The position numbers and the translations under genes were made by a program. 64,000 bases of DNA from an uncultured Acidobacteriota bacterium (GTDB lineage Bacteria > Acidobacteriota > Terriglobia > Terriglobales > SCQP01): assembly GCA_937898755.1 (NCBI GenBank), contig CALEJU010000025.1, positions 16,000-79,999 on the forward strand, given 5' to 3'. How positions within the stretch are numbered: position 1 is the stretch's first letter; each line of letters begins with the position of its first letter. Under the pieces are notes generated by a model. It searched no databases, was not told the DNA's origin, and worked only from the letters and a program-made list of their open reading frames with translations. Shown here one piece after another: positions 28,977 to 39,328 of this stretch.

Positions 28977-30251
28977 ATGCTCAAGCGCGCCAACTACTTT
29001 CTCCGCGAAGTCCTGTACCGCGACTCCCTGTTTCGCGTTCCGCTTCATTTCGGTACCGTCCGCGAGCAGGATATCGCGACTCTCGCGAAGGGAGCAGGAG
29101 ACCTCGACAGATTTCACGACCTCTGCCGGACGGTCGTCGGAGGTGGTGCGGTCTATTCTTTCGCCGCCGGAAGGATGGCGTTGTTTGCATTGCTCCGCGC
29201 ATTGCAAATTGGGCCCGGCGATGAGGTGATCCTCCCAGCCTTCACCTGTGTCGTGGTTCCCAATGCGATTCAGTTCGTGGGTGCGCGCCCGGTCTATGCG
29301 GAGATTGATCCCCGGACCTTCAATCTTGACCCTGACGACGTCGCGCGGAAGCTCACCACAAGAACGCGGGGAATTCTCGCCCAACACACCTTCGGGATTC
29401 CAGCACCCATGGATCAACTCCGGGCACTGGTGTCGGACCGGCCGGACATCGTGTTGCTGGAGGACGCCTGTCATGCCCTCGGCGCCACGCTGCACGGCCG
29501 ACCGGTGGGCAGCTTGGCGGAGTGCGCGTTCTTCTCCACCGACGCCACTAAGATGGTCTGCACCGACATTGGCGGTTTCGCGGTCGCCAACACCCCGGCC
29601 TTGGCGGCGCAACTGCGCCTGCAATGGGAACGGGCCGGCGAGCTGCCGGCGGCGGTGCAGGCGAAACTGCCCGCACAATTCCGGCGTAAGTATCGGTACA
29701 CTCGTTCGGAATACTACTGGGGCGCGGGCCGCTTTCAGCTCGGGATGATGCTGCGCAACGGCAGCGGTTTCCAGTACACCGACGAGCTGGACAACCGGCT
29801 TCCCACTGGTTACCCTTACCCATCACGATTTCCCGCCATCCTCGCCATGGTTGCCCTCTCCCAGCTGCACCAGCTTGCCGCCAACCTTGCCCATCGCCGC
29901 CGGGTGGTCGAGCGCTATCGGGAGATCTTCCGGGATCTGCCGCAGGCCCAGCTCGCGCCGGGGGCGGAGGCCAGTTGGCTTCAATTTCCGCTACGGGTCC
30001 GGGAGCCCGCCCGCTGGCGTCAGATCTTCGACCGCTATGTGCAGGTGAGCGACTGGTTCAACTCAGCCGCCTATGGTTGCCGTTCGGAATTGTCCGTGGT
30101 TGGATACGAGAATGGAAGCTGTCCGGTTTCGGAAACAGTGCATGGTTCGATGGTGGCTTTTCCCACGCACTTCCTCGTTACCGATGCCGTCCTCGACAAG
30201 GTCGAAAGTCTTTACCGCCGCTTTCGCTCCACGTTGCCCGGAGCAGAGTAG
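28977..30251 (+). CDS. DegT/DnrJ family PLP-dependent aminotransferase
   Basis: GRMALF, PGDEVILPAFTC, QHTFG, LEDACHALG, FSTDATK (Lys retained). Confidence 0.85.
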   Translation: MLKRANYFLREVLYRDSLFRVPLHFGTVREQDIATLAKGAGDLDRFHDLCRTVVGGGAVYSFAAGRMALFALLRALQIGPGDEVILPAFTCVVVPNAIQFVGARPVYAEIDPRTFNLDPDDVARKLTTRTRGILAQHTFGIPAPMDQLRALVSDRPDIVLLEDACHALGATLHGRPVGSLAECAFFSTDATKMVCTDIGGFAVANTPALAAQLRLQWERAGELPAAVQAKLPAQFRRKYRYTRSEYYWGAGRFQLGMMLRNGSGFQYTDELDNRLPTGYPYPSRFPAILAMVALSQLHQLAANLAHRRRVVERYREIFRDLPQAQLAPGAEASWLQFPLRVREPARWRQIFDRYVQVSDWFNSAAYGCRSELSVVGYENGSCPVSETVHGSMVAFPTHFLVTDAVLDKVESLYRRFRSTLPGAE

Positions 30252-30287
30252 AAAACAGAACACGATCGTCAGGAACTTTCTTTTAGC

Positions 30288-31421
30288 ATGCGACTTTCCA
30301 GATCAATTGTCGGCCCGGAAGAACAGGCTGCGGTGCGGCGCATCCTGGAACTTGGATTCCTGGGCACTGGACCAGAGACCCAGGCACTGGAAAGGGAACT
30401 GGCGGAATATCTGGGCGGGGGCGTGGAGGTGGCCTGTGTCAACACCGGCACTGCGGCTCTCCACCTGGCGTTGCAGGCCTGCGGACTCGGTGCGGATGAC
30501 GAAGTTCTTGTCCCATCGCTCACCTTTGTGGCCAGCTTCCAGGCGATCGCGGCGACCGGAGCGACTCCGGTCGCCTGCGACATCAATCCGGAGAATGGTT
30601 TATTGGATCTGGCCGATGCGGCGCGGCGGTTGACCCCCCGAACCCGCGCCGTCATGCCGGTTCACTACGCAAGCCACTGCGGTGATCTGGATAAAATTCT
30701 TGCATTTGGAAAGCGGCACGGGCTGCGCGTGATTGAAGACGCGGCGCACTCCTTCGGATGCACTTACCAAGGTTCGAAAGTTGGCACGCTGGGTGACGTC
30801 GCCTGCTTTAGTTTCGATGGCATCAAGAACATCACTTGTGGGGAAGGTGGTGCGGTTGTTTCCCGGGACCCGGAGGTCATGCGCCGCGTACGCGATGCGC
30901 GCCTGCTCGGGGTGGAACGAGACACCGAAAACCGCTATCAGCGCCAGCGAAGCTGGGATTTTGACGTTACTGAACAAGGTTGGCGCTACCATATGAGCGA
31001 TATCATGGCTGCCATCGGCCGCGTGCAATTGCGCCGCCTGGAAGGGGAATTCAAGCCCCGGAGGGTGCGCTCTGCCCGGCTCTACCGCGAGCAGCTGGCG
31101 AACGTCCCCGGAGTCCGCTTTCTGGCGACCAATCTCGAAGCAGTGGTCCCGCATATCCAGCCGGTTCTGATTCTGGACGGACGGCGCGACGCCGTCCGTC
31201 AGACGCTGATGGAAGCCGGAATTGAGACCGGGATTCATTACAAGCCGAATCACCTGCTGAAGAAATTTGGTGGAGGTACGGTCTCGCTTCCCGCGGTCGA
31301 GCAGATCTATTGTCAGTTGCTGACCTTGCCGCTCCACCCCGACATCACCGATCAGGACGTCGAGCAGGTGGTTCTTCATCTGCGCCGCGCCGTCGGGCAC
31401 GTTGCGGCCACAGTTGCCTGA
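30288..31421 (+). CDS. DegT/DnrJ family aminotransferase
   Basis: NTGTAALHLAL, PSLTFVAS, MPVHYA, IEDAAHSFG, FSFDGIKNITCGEGG. Confidence 0.92.
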   Translation: MRLSRSIVGPEEQAAVRRILELGFLGTGPETQALERELAEYLGGGVEVACVNTGTAALHLALQACGLGADDEVLVPSLTFVASFQAIAATGATPVACDINPENGLLDLADAARRLTPRTRAVMPVHYASHCGDLDKILAFGKRHGLRVIEDAAHSFGCTYQGSKVGTLGDVACFSFDGIKNITCGEGGAVVSRDPEVMRRVRDARLLGVERDTENRYQRQRSWDFDVTEQGWRYHMSDIMAAIGRVQLRRLEGEFKPRRVRSARLYREQLANVPGVRFLATNLEAVVPHIQPVLILDGRRDAVRQTLMEAGIETGIHYKPNHLLKKFGGGTVSLPAVEQIYCQLLTLPLHPDITDQDVEQVVLHLRRAVGHVAATVA

Positions 31422-31459
31422 AGGCCCACGCCTTCAACCAGGGCGCCTTGGTACCTATC

Positions 31460-32260
31460 ATGTCTCAATCGTCTGCTGAAATACCCGTCGTGATCTTCTG
31501 CGGCGGACTGGGGAGCCGCCTGCGACAGGAAACCGAACTCCGTCCGAAGCCGATGGTGGAGATTGGCGGCCGCCCAATTCTCTGGCACATCATGAAGCTT
31601 TACGCTCATTATGGCCACCGGCGCTTTGTGCTTCCCTTGGGATATAAGGGGGAGGTCATCAAGCAATACTTCTATCATTACTCGCTGCTCAGCCATGACG
31701 TGACCGTGCGACTGGGTCGCAATCGTGGGGTGGAAATCCACAATAATGGCGATGAGGGCGACTGGAGTATCACGCTGGTGGAAACCGGGGAAAATACATT
31801 GAAGGGCGGCCGGCTGAAGCGCGTGGCGCCGTATCTGCCAGGCGACCGTTTCATGGTTACTTATGGTGACGGGGTCGCTGATATCGATATTGACGCGCTT
31901 CTCCGCTTCCACCAGAGCCACGGTCGGCTCGCGACCCTCACCGGTGTGCGCCCCCCCTCGCTGTTCGGGGAATTACGGATTGAAGATGGCAAAGCCTCGC
32001 TCTTCGTGGAAAAGCCCCAGACCTCGACCGGGGTCATCAATGGTGGTTTCTTCGTCTTCGAGCGCGCCGTGCTCGACTACCTGACGGACGCGGAGGATTG
32101 CGACTTCGAAACCGGTCCACTGGAACGGCTGGCGGCGGAGGGAAATCTCATGGTCTACGGGCACCACGGGACCTGGGCCTGCATGGACACCTTTCGCGAC
32201 GTGCAATACTTGAATCGCCTGTGGGCGCAAAAACAGGCGTTCTGGAACATGTGGAAATAA
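31460..32260 (+). CDS. rfbF: Glucose-1-phosphate cytidylyltransferase
   Basis: CGGLGSRLRQET..PKPMVEIG, LGYKGEVIK, TLKGGRLKRV, TYGDGVAD, INGGFFV, CMDT. Confidence 0.93.
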   Translation: MSQSSAEIPVVIFCGGLGSRLRQETELRPKPMVEIGGRPILWHIMKLYAHYGHRRFVLPLGYKGEVIKQYFYHYSLLSHDVTVRLGRNRGVEIHNNGDEGDWSITLVETGENTLKGGRLKRVAPYLPGDRFMVTYGDGVADIDIDALLRFHQSHGRLATLTGVRPPSLFGELRIEDGKASLFVEKPQTSTGVINGGFFVFERAVLDYLTDAEDCDFETGPLERLAAEGNLMVYGHHGTWACMDTFRDVQYLNRLWAQKQAFWNMWK

Positions 32261-32263
32261 GCA

Positions 32264-33289
32264 ATGGGCCTGACCAAAAGTCCGACTTACTGGTTTCAGC
32301 GCAATGTTCTGGTCACCGGATGCACGGGATTGCTGGGGCCATGGCTGACTCAATCTCTCGTCGAAGGTGGCGCGCGGGTCGCAGGCATCGTGCGGGATTC
32401 AGTGCCGCGGTCCAATCTGGAGCTGTTTGGTCTGGCGTCCAGAATCGCCGTGGTGCGCGGCGACATCGCCGAATATGACCTGGTGGAACGTACTCTCAAT
32501 GAGTACGAGATCGATACCGTGTTCCATCTGGCCGCGCAAACCATCGTGGGAATTGCGAACAACGGGCCGCTCTCGACCTTCGAGACCAACATCAAAGGGA
32601 CGTGGAACCTGTTGGAAGCCGCGCGGCGCCTGCCCACGGTTCGTTCGATCATCGTGGCCTCGAGCGATAAAGCCTATGGCGATCAGCCCGTCCTGCCGTA
32701 CCGGGAGGACGCGCCGCTGCAGGGCCGCCACCCCTACGACGTATCGAAGAGCTGCGCGGACCTTATCGCTTCCGCTTACTTTCATACTTACCGGCTTCCC
32801 GTCTGTGTCACCCGCTGCGGCAACCTGTTTGGCGGCGGCGATCTGCATTTCAATCGCCTGGTTCCCGGTACCATTCGCTCGGTGGAAAACGGTGAGCCGC
32901 CGGTACTGCGCAGCGACGGAACCTTCCTGCGCGATTATCTTTACGTCCGAGATGCCGTCGATGCATACATGACGGTGGCCGAAGCCATGCAGGACGACCA
33001 GCTACACGGGGAGGCATTTAACTTCAGCCTGGAACGCCCACTCACGGTACTGCAAATGACCCGCGCCATCCTGGCTGCGATGGATTGCGAGGACGTTGTT
33101 CCGACCATTTTGAACGCCGCTCACGGCGAAATTCAACATCAATACCTCTCTTCGGAAAAAGCTCGCCGCGTCCTGGGCTGGACACCAGCCTGCGGCTTGG
33201 AGGAGGGGCTCAAAGAGACGGTCCAATGGTACAGGGGGTATCTCGGTGATCGAGGGAGTCGTCATCACACCGTTGCGTCAAATTCCTGA
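32264..33289 (+). CDS. rfbG: CDP-glucose 4,6-dehydratase family SDR
   Basis: [48 protein letters not shown]. Confidence 0.85.
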   Translation: MGLTKSPTYWFQRNVLVTGCTGLLGPWLTQSLVEGGARVAGIVRDSVPRSNLELFGLASRIAVVRGDIAEYDLVERTLNEYEIDTVFHLAAQTIVGIANNGPLSTFETNIKGTWNLLEAARRLPTVRSIIVASSDKAYGDQPVLPYREDAPLQGRHPYDVSKSCADLIASAYFHTYRLPVCVTRCGNLFGGGDLHFNRLVPGTIRSVENGEPPVLRSDGTFLRDYLYVRDAVDAYMTVAEAMQDDQLHGEAFNFSLERPLTVLQMTRAILAAMDCEDVVPTILNAAHGEIQHQYLSSEKARRVLGWTPACGLEEGLKETVQWYRGYLGDRGSRHHTVASNS

Positions 33290-33695
33290 CGAGCGCGGTA
33301 AGATCATGCATATGATGCGCTGCGACGATCCGCAGTTCGAGCGCTTTGGTGAAATCTATTTTTCCGGGGTGTACCCCGGAGCCATCAAGGCCTGGCACGT
33401 TCACCGCGAAATGACGCTCCATTACGCGGTGGTGATCGGCATGATTAAATTCGTCCTCTACGATGCACGCCCCGGCTCGCCCACGCACGGCGAACTGCAG
33501 GAGATCTTCATGGGGGAGCAGAACTATTGTCGTGTCAGAGTGCCGCCAGGCGTCTACAATGGCTTCAAGGGGATGGGGACAGAGATGGCGCTGGTTGCGA
33601 ACTGTCCCACGCTGCCCTTCGACGCCAATGAAATCGAGCGCCTCGATCCGTTTTCCACCGCCATCCCCTATAACTGGGAGATCCGTCACGGATGA
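33246..33695 (+). CDS. RmlC-like cupin (NDP-4-keto-6-deoxyhexose epimerase/isomerase)
   Basis: [37 protein letters not shown]. Confidence 0.85.
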   Translation: MIEGVVITPLRQIPDERGKIMHMMRCDDPQFERFGEIYFSGVYPGAIKAWHVHREMTLHYAVVIGMIKFVLYDARPGSPTHGELQEIFMGEQNYCRVRVPPGVYNGFKGMGTEMALVANCPTLPFDANEIERLDPFSTAIPYNWEIRHG

Positions 33696-34612
33696 GTGCG
33701 CCACGGGTCAGTGTCATCATCAATTGTCTCAATGGTGAGAAATATCTCCGCGAGGCCATCGACAGTGTTTTTGCCCAGACCGTTCAGGACTGGGAACTGA
33801 TTTTTTGGGACAACGTTTCGACCGATGCCACCGCATCCATCGCGCAAGGGTACGGGGACCAGTTGCGCTATTTTCGGGCGGAAGCAACAACTCCGCTGGG
33901 AGAGGCGAGAAGTCTCGCGTTTGCACAGGCGCGGGGTGAATTCGTGGCGATTCTGGATGCCGATGACGTCTGGCTGCCGGAGAAGTTGGAACAACAACTC
34001 CCGCTCTTCGACGACCCGGAAGTCGGGGTGGGATTCTGCGATGCCGTCTACTTCAACGAACAGGGAATCACCTGGCGACTGTACCGGGACGGCCCGCCGC
34101 CTCAAGGTTGGGTGCTCCGCCGGCTCCTTCGCAGCGACTTCATCTGCCTGTCCACCGCAATCGTCCGCCGCGCCGCGCTAGTCGCACTCGACCACTGGTT
34201 TGACCCGCAATTACAATATGTTGAGGAATACGACCTGTTCCTTCGCCTGGCATTAAAGTGGAAATTTGCCGGCGTGTGGGCGCCCCTGACGCGCTACCGC
34301 ATCCATGCGCAGAACTGGACCTCGCTGCATCCCGAGATGCAGGCCGAGGAGACGCCCCGGGTTTTCAACAACCTGCGGCGATTAGTTCCGAATCTGGACC
34401 GGGAGTATGGTCGAGAACTGGCCGCCCACGAGCGCGCCGTGCGGCGGCGGCGAGCGGAGGCGGCCTTGCGGCGGAACGACCGCTCCGGTTGTCGCGCGGC
34501 GGTACGCCCCGACGCGCCGCGCGACTGGCGCTCCGGGCTGATTTTCTTGATCAGCTTCCTGCCCCTCCGTCTCTATGTTTTTCTCCGGCAGCGTTACCGG
34601 CACACGTACTGA
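33692..34612 (+). CDS. GT2 glycosyltransferase
   Basis: VSVIINCLNGEKYLREAIDSV, DNVSTD, LDADDVW..KLEQQ, EEYDLFLR. Confidence 0.93.
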   Translation: MSAPRVSVIINCLNGEKYLREAIDSVFAQTVQDWELIFWDNVSTDATASIAQGYGDQLRYFRAEATTPLGEARSLAFAQARGEFVAILDADDVWLPEKLEQQLPLFDDPEVGVGFCDAVYFNEQGITWRLYRDGPPPQGWVLRRLLRSDFICLSTAIVRRAALVALDHWFDPQLQYVEEYDLFLRLALKWKFAGVWAPLTRYRIHAQNWTSLHPEMQAEETPRVFNNLRRLVPNLDREYGRELAAHERAVRRRRAEAALRRNDRSGCRAAVRPDAPRDWRSGLIFLISFLPLRLYVFLRQRYRHTY

Positions 34613-34665
34613 GCGTTCGTGCACAGGGGTGGACTGGTATTTCACTTTGGAAACAGGAATTTAAA

Positions 34666-36135
34666 TTGTCGATCCGATTCACGACTGTCGTTCAGGTATT
34701 GCTTGGCGTTCTTTGGCTTGTGGCCGGAGCAGGAGCGGCCGCCAGCTCCGGTGCGTCTGAGTTGGAACTGGCCTGCGCCGGATTATATTTGACCACCATC
34801 CTGTTTCTGTGGTTCGGTGTGCGCTTGAATGCGGTGTTCCTCAAGGTTTATTGCCTATTCTTCACCATCTGGTTTCTCCTCCGTGTCCCGTACATTGTCT
34901 GGAGCCCGGCATCCTATCTGTACGCCGCCCAGGACCCCCTTACCGCCTCCCGGATCGCCCATGATCTGACCATTCTGATGGGGTTCCATCTGGCGATGGG
35001 AGCCATGGCGCTACTGACCGATATTCAATTTCCTCTTGCGGTGGATTCGCTGCTGGCACCTGCCTACGCCGCGGACCTGCTGCGTCGCCTGCTCCCGCTA
35101 CTGATCGCGATGGAGGCTGTTGCGGTCGCCCAGGCGCGGTTCACCCAGTTCGGCGCCGTCTGGGGATTTCTGCGGCATTTTGCCGAGACGGACCTGATCT
35201 TAAGAGTCGTAGCCTATCTCGCCTGCGTTGCCTATCCGTGGAAAGGCCAAACCCGCATTTATGTCGGGATGTGCGCAGGGGCCGTGGTGATTGAATCGGC
35301 CCTGACGGGCTCGCGAGCGGGTATTTACCTGCTGGCCCTCCCCGTGTTCTTGTTCATGATGGCCCGGAAACAGGTCCGGATCCGGTTGACGGTGACGCGC
35401 ATCATCGCCGGCCTGTTGTTTGTACCGGCCGCCTTCGGCTCGTATTACATCGGCACCGTGCTGCGCCAGGCTCGGGCCGAAAATGTCAACCATGATGTGA
35501 AGATTTCAGAGATTCCAAGCTATTTAAAGGAGCACCCCTTGTCTCAGGGCGAGCAGGGGGAGTCCTTTGCGGATCGCGTGAGTCAACGGGTCACCGCGCT
35601 CGACTTTTATATGGTCGTCGTGGATCGCGAAAACTCACGAGATGCTCACGAAGTTAGTTTCTCGAATGTCTTCAAGGAAATTGCCAACGAGATCGTGCCG
35701 GGCGACATTTATCCGGGCAACCATGACACGGCGCTCCTGTTCACCGTCGACTACGAGGGCATGCCGCTCGACCAGATTGCGTATGTGTACACCTCCCGGG
35801 TGCCGGGACTGTTTGCCACCGCCGTCGCCCTGAGCTCGGTCGCCTGGGGCGTGCCCCTGATGCTGCTTCTCTGGCTGGTGTACCTGGCGATTGCCATGAC
35901 CGTGCTGCAGGTTACCCCTGGTTCCTTCCACGGCATCGTGTCGTTCCTGATCGTTTATGAAGCCTACTCGTTTTTTTTGATGATGGGCGTCGATCGATTT
36001 TTTTTCACGGAGCTGGTGGGTTACTACGTCGTGCAGGGCGTGATTGTGGGCACATTCCTCTTTTTCGTGCGGGGACGAGCCGTGCTTCCAGACAACGAAT
36101 ACGGGCTGACGACGGCCGCTGCCGGGCGCCCCTAG
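34666..36135 (+). CDS. Wzy-like polysaccharide polymerase (polytopic membrane protein)
   Basis: Multiple TM segments, LTGSRAG motif, large loop; position in Wzx/Wzc operon; TTG start after AGGA. Confidence 0.7.
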   Translation: MSIRFTTVVQVLLGVLWLVAGAGAAASSGASELELACAGLYLTTILFLWFGVRLNAVFLKVYCLFFTIWFLLRVPYIVWSPASYLYAAQDPLTASRIAHDLTILMGFHLAMGAMALLTDIQFPLAVDSLLAPAYAADLLRRLLPLLIAMEAVAVAQARFTQFGAVWGFLRHFAETDLILRVVAYLACVAYPWKGQTRIYVGMCAGAVVIESALTGSRAGIYLLALPVFLFMMARKQVRIRLTVTRIIAGLLFVPAAFGSYYIGTVLRQARAENVNHDVKISEIPSYLKEHPLSQGEQGESFADRVSQRVTALDFYMVVVDRENSRDAHEVSFSNVFKEIANEIVPGDIYPGNHDTALLFTVDYEGMPLDQIAYVYTSRVPGLFATAVALSSVAWGVPLMLLLWLVYLAIAMTVLQVTPGSFHGIVSFLIVYEAYSFFLMMGVDRFFFTELVGYYVVQGVIVGTFLFFVRGRAVLPDNEYGLTTAAAGRP

Positions 36136-36178
36136 CCGGGGTGCGATCGTCGGCATCAGACGCAGCGCCCATCCCTTT

Positions 36179-39100
36179 TTACGGCATACGGTACTGCGCG
36201 ACCAGGTTGGCGTCCGCCGGGCTGGTGGCGCAGCCACTGGCGGCCGTGGTCACGGCCAGCGTAACGGGCGTCCCGGCGGCCAGGCTCAGTACGATGGCGC
36301 CGGAGTCGTTGCCGGCTGCCAGAATCGGAAGGGTGACAACGGCGCCGCCCTGCGTCAGGCTGACCACGGCGTTGGTCGTACAGCCGGCGGGCGCGGTTTT
36401 CACCGTGGCCTGCAGGCGTGTCACGATGATCGGAAGGTCGGGGGTCCAGGTTAAGGCAGTCCAAGGGGTGGTCAGGACGCCGGGCAGGAAGGCCGCCAGG
36501 CTCATGCGCAGCGCCGACTGCACGGCCAAGGTTCCGGAGGCGGCAGGATTCGTGATGGTCGCAGCGCCGACCACATAGCTGGCAGGTTCGGTCAATTGCG
36601 CCAGATGCAGATCCAGGCTCCCCTGGGCCGCTCCGGCAAAATTGGGTCGCTGAAGGCTGGGTGCGGTGAGGGAGGCGCCGGTGTCCAACACCAGATTCCC
36701 GTTGCCGCTGCTGGCGCCAGTCTGCAGAAGTGTGTTGCCGAGATAGAAACCGCTGCCCACCTTGAACGGTTCTCCCCACCAGCCCACGCTACCGCCGCGG
36801 AGATCGAGGATCGGGCAGGTCGCCGGCAGGGACGCCGGGAACCCGGAGCCGTTGGCGCCGGCCAGGCCGGGGTAAAGGGTCAGAATGCCCCTGCTGCAAC
36901 TGGGATTGGTCAAGGCGGCGGCGAGGGCGTCGCTGAGCGACGCGTTGGCGCCGGTCAGCGGACTGAGAGTGCCCAGGCCAAGGAAGGGGCTCGTTCCGGT
37001 CAGGGAGCCATTGGACGTGTCAATGATTCCTTGAGCGAACTGAGAACGGCCTGCCGGCACTGCTGCCCCGTCCGGCTGCGAGGTGGCCACGGTATAGCTG
37101 GTCGCGGTCGGTACACTGCGGATCTGGTAGGTTCCATTACTGGCGCTGTCGGCGCCGATGATTTGAACCCAGTCACCGGGAAGAAAGGTGTGGGGAACGG
37201 AGGTCACCGCCGTCAGTGTTCCACTGGTTCGCGTCAGCGAGGCGTTGAGCAGTTGCCCGGCGGAGGACTCGAACCCGCCGCTTTCAACGTCGTGGGCCTC
37301 GACCTGGCCGTTGCCGCTGACGAGCACGGGCAGGCCGCCGGTGAAGACGCGATCCAGTACGACGCGCGCGCCGCTTTGCACGCGCAGGGCCTGGTGCGCT
37401 GTTTCCCAACTTCCCGAATTGCGGATGGTCAGGTCGCTGACGCGCAGCAGATCGCCGGCCATGGCGTCCAGAAAAAAGCCGTTTTCATCGTACGCCGAGG
37501 TGAAACGCAGCGCCACGGCTTCCGCGGAAATTAACACGGAGGCGCTGTTGATGGCGCCCAACGGCGGAAAATAGCACTGGTCAAAGCCGCCGTAATTCCC
37601 GCTGACCCAGTACACGGAATGTCCGCCGGCGCCCTGCGTCATGGAATCCTCAAGGCCTTGGGACGCGACCCACTCGGTATCGAAATTGCCACTGCCGTAG
37701 TTGACCAGCCACCCGCCGCCGTTCGTGAGATCGGTCGCGGTGGTGGTGCAGTTGCCGAGAATCCGCTCGCATCCGTTGTGGTTCCATTCAACGTTGTCGA
37801 ACAGGAGCTCGCCGAGCAGCCCGCGGCCCGCGTAGGGAGTCGCGCCGGCGCTGCCGATGACGCCGCCGAAATAGCGGGCCCAGCTCAGCCCGACATTGGA
37901 AACCCGAAGTTGCAGGTTGATGGCCGGGGCCCCGGCGGCGTCGGTCGGAATCTGGAGCGCGTAGGAGGCCAGCCCTCCCGCGTCCAGCCGCAAATCACGA
38001 AGCCGCCAATTGCTGCCGGAGATGGTGAGCAGCGCCTTGTCGGTTCCGCTGGCCGGCACGCCGCCTGCCGCGCCCGTGTAAACCAAGCGGGTTCCGAAGC
38101 CGAGACCGTATGGACCTGGATCGCCGTCTCCCGAGACAACGACACCATCCCGCTGCAACACCAGCGGCGCCGTTGTCAGGTAGATCCCGTGAGGGAAGTA
38201 GAGCGTCCCGAATTGCGGGGACAAGGCTCCGACGGCGGCTTGGATGGCTTGCGTATCATCGTGACCCCAGAGGGCAAAGCCTGATCCTGTTCCGACGTTG
38301 CGAGATGCTGCCGCGGCCATGGTGATCTGGGTGGGGCTGTTATAGCTTTGGATGGTGCTGACCAGGGTTGTCCCCCCCGCTCCGCACTGGTAGGCGAGGA
38401 TCTGTTCTCCGACCGCCGCGGAAGTGAAGCGCGGCTCGGTCGGCGCGGTGTAGGTGGCGTCGAGGGTGTAGAGGTTGGACCCGGCGCTGCAGCTCCCATG
38501 CGAGGTGGCGACCCCGTCACCCGTGGCCCCGTAGGCGCGCACGTCAATGGTCGAGCCGGTCGGGCTGTACCAGCCGCTTCCGGTATCCACCGTCAGGTTC
38601 CGGGCGCCGTCGGCGGTGAAGGCAAGCCGCCCGGCGACGCCGGCGGGCGGCAGCGCACTGGTGATCGAGGGGGTGATCACGGGCCAGGACCATCCAGCTG
38701 CTCCGAGACTGGAGACCGCACGATACGCTCCGCCGCTCCACCCGTAAGTGGTGACGGTGGCGTGCCGCTCGTCGATCAGCAGCGTGCCTGAGCTGGCGCT
38801 CACCTGTTGCAGCATCGCATCGGATCCCTGCCAATCCGGTGAAAGAATCACCGTTCCGCCACCCGGTCCCAACCATCTGATGGCCTCCTGCAGCCCTCCT
38901 GTCGCGGAGCGCAACGTCAACTTTCCCGGGTGCGCCCGCAGGAGGACAGCCTGAAACCGGCAGTTCCCTCCGGCATAGGTCACCGATTGGGGAATGATGT
39001 TCTCGCTGTTCCCTGCAGCATCGCTGAGCGTGAGCAGGGTGCCATTGCTCACGGGGGCCAGGGGCGGCCCGTCCGGCAAGGTGACGGTACAGGGCTGCAA

Positions 39101-39328
39101 GCTCAACGTCACCGTTCCCGCAGGAACGGATAACGGACTCCCCAGCGTCCACGCACCAAATTGGCTGGCATACACCCGTCCTGCGATAACCGGCTTGATA
39201 AACCCAATCGCCTGGGCGTCCAGTCGGCCGGTGTATCCACCACTGCTGAACGTCATGACGACCACAGCGGCGATGCCGGTGAGCCGGGTGCTTGGTCGGC
39301 GGGACATCCCGCCTTTACTGTTGGGCAT
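36179..39328 (-). CDS. Large secreted protein with pectate-lyase-3/tailspike-like beta-helix module
   Basis: Signal-peptide-like N-terminus; IDVRAYGATGDG ... DDTQAIQAAV..GTLYFPHGIY; beta-strand-rich, Gly/Thr/Ser-rich. Confidence 0.75.
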   Translation of the reverse strand: MPNSKGGMSRRPSTRLTGIAAVVVMTFSSGGYTGRLDAQAIGFIKPVIAGRVYASQFGAWTLGSPLSVPAGTVTLSLQPCTVTLPDGPPLAPVSNGTLLTLSDAAGNSENIIPQSVTYAGGNCRFQAVLLRAHPGKLTLRSATGGLQEAIRWLGPGGGTVILSPDWQGSDAMLQQVSASSGTLLIDERHATVTTYGWSGGAYRAVSSLGAAGWSWPVITPSITSALPPAGVAGRLAFTADGARNLTVDTGSGWYSPTGSTIDVRAYGATGDGVATSHGSCSAGSNLYTLDATYTAPTEPRFTSAAVGEQILAYQCGAGGTTLVSTIQSYNSPTQITMAAAASRNVGTGSGFALWGHDDTQAIQAAVGALSPQFGTLYFPHGIYLTTAPLVLQRDGVVVSGDGDPGPYGLGFGTRLVYTGAAGGVPASGTDKALLTISGSNWRLRDLRLDAGGLASYALQIPTDAAGAPAINLQLRVSNVGLSWARYFGGVIGSAGATPYAGRGLLGELLFDNVEWNHNGCERILGNCTTTATDLTNGGGWLVNYGSGNFDTEWVASQGLEDSMTQGAGGHSVYWVSGNYGGFDQCYFPPLGAINSASVLISAEAVALRFTSAYDENGFFLDAMAGDLLRVSDLTIRNSGSWETAHQALRVQSGARVVLDRVFTGGLPVLVSGNGQVEAHDVESGGFESSAGQLLNASLTRTSGTLTAVTSVPHTFLPGDWVQIIGADSASNGTYQIRSVPTATSYTVATSQPDGAAVPAGRSQFAQGIIDTSNGSLTGTSPFLGLGTLSPLTGANASLSDALAAALTNPSCSRGILTLYPGLAGANGSGFPASLPATCPILDLRGGSVGWWGEPFKVGSGFYLGNTLLQTGASSGNGNLVLDTGASLTAPSLQRPNFAGAAQGSLDLHLAQLTEPASYVVGAATITNPAASGTLAVQSALRMSLAAFLPGVLTTPWTALTWTPDLPIIVTRLQATVKTAPAGCTTNAVVSLTQGGAVVTLPILAAGNDSGAIVLSLAAGTPVTLAVTTAASGCATSPADANLVAQYRMP

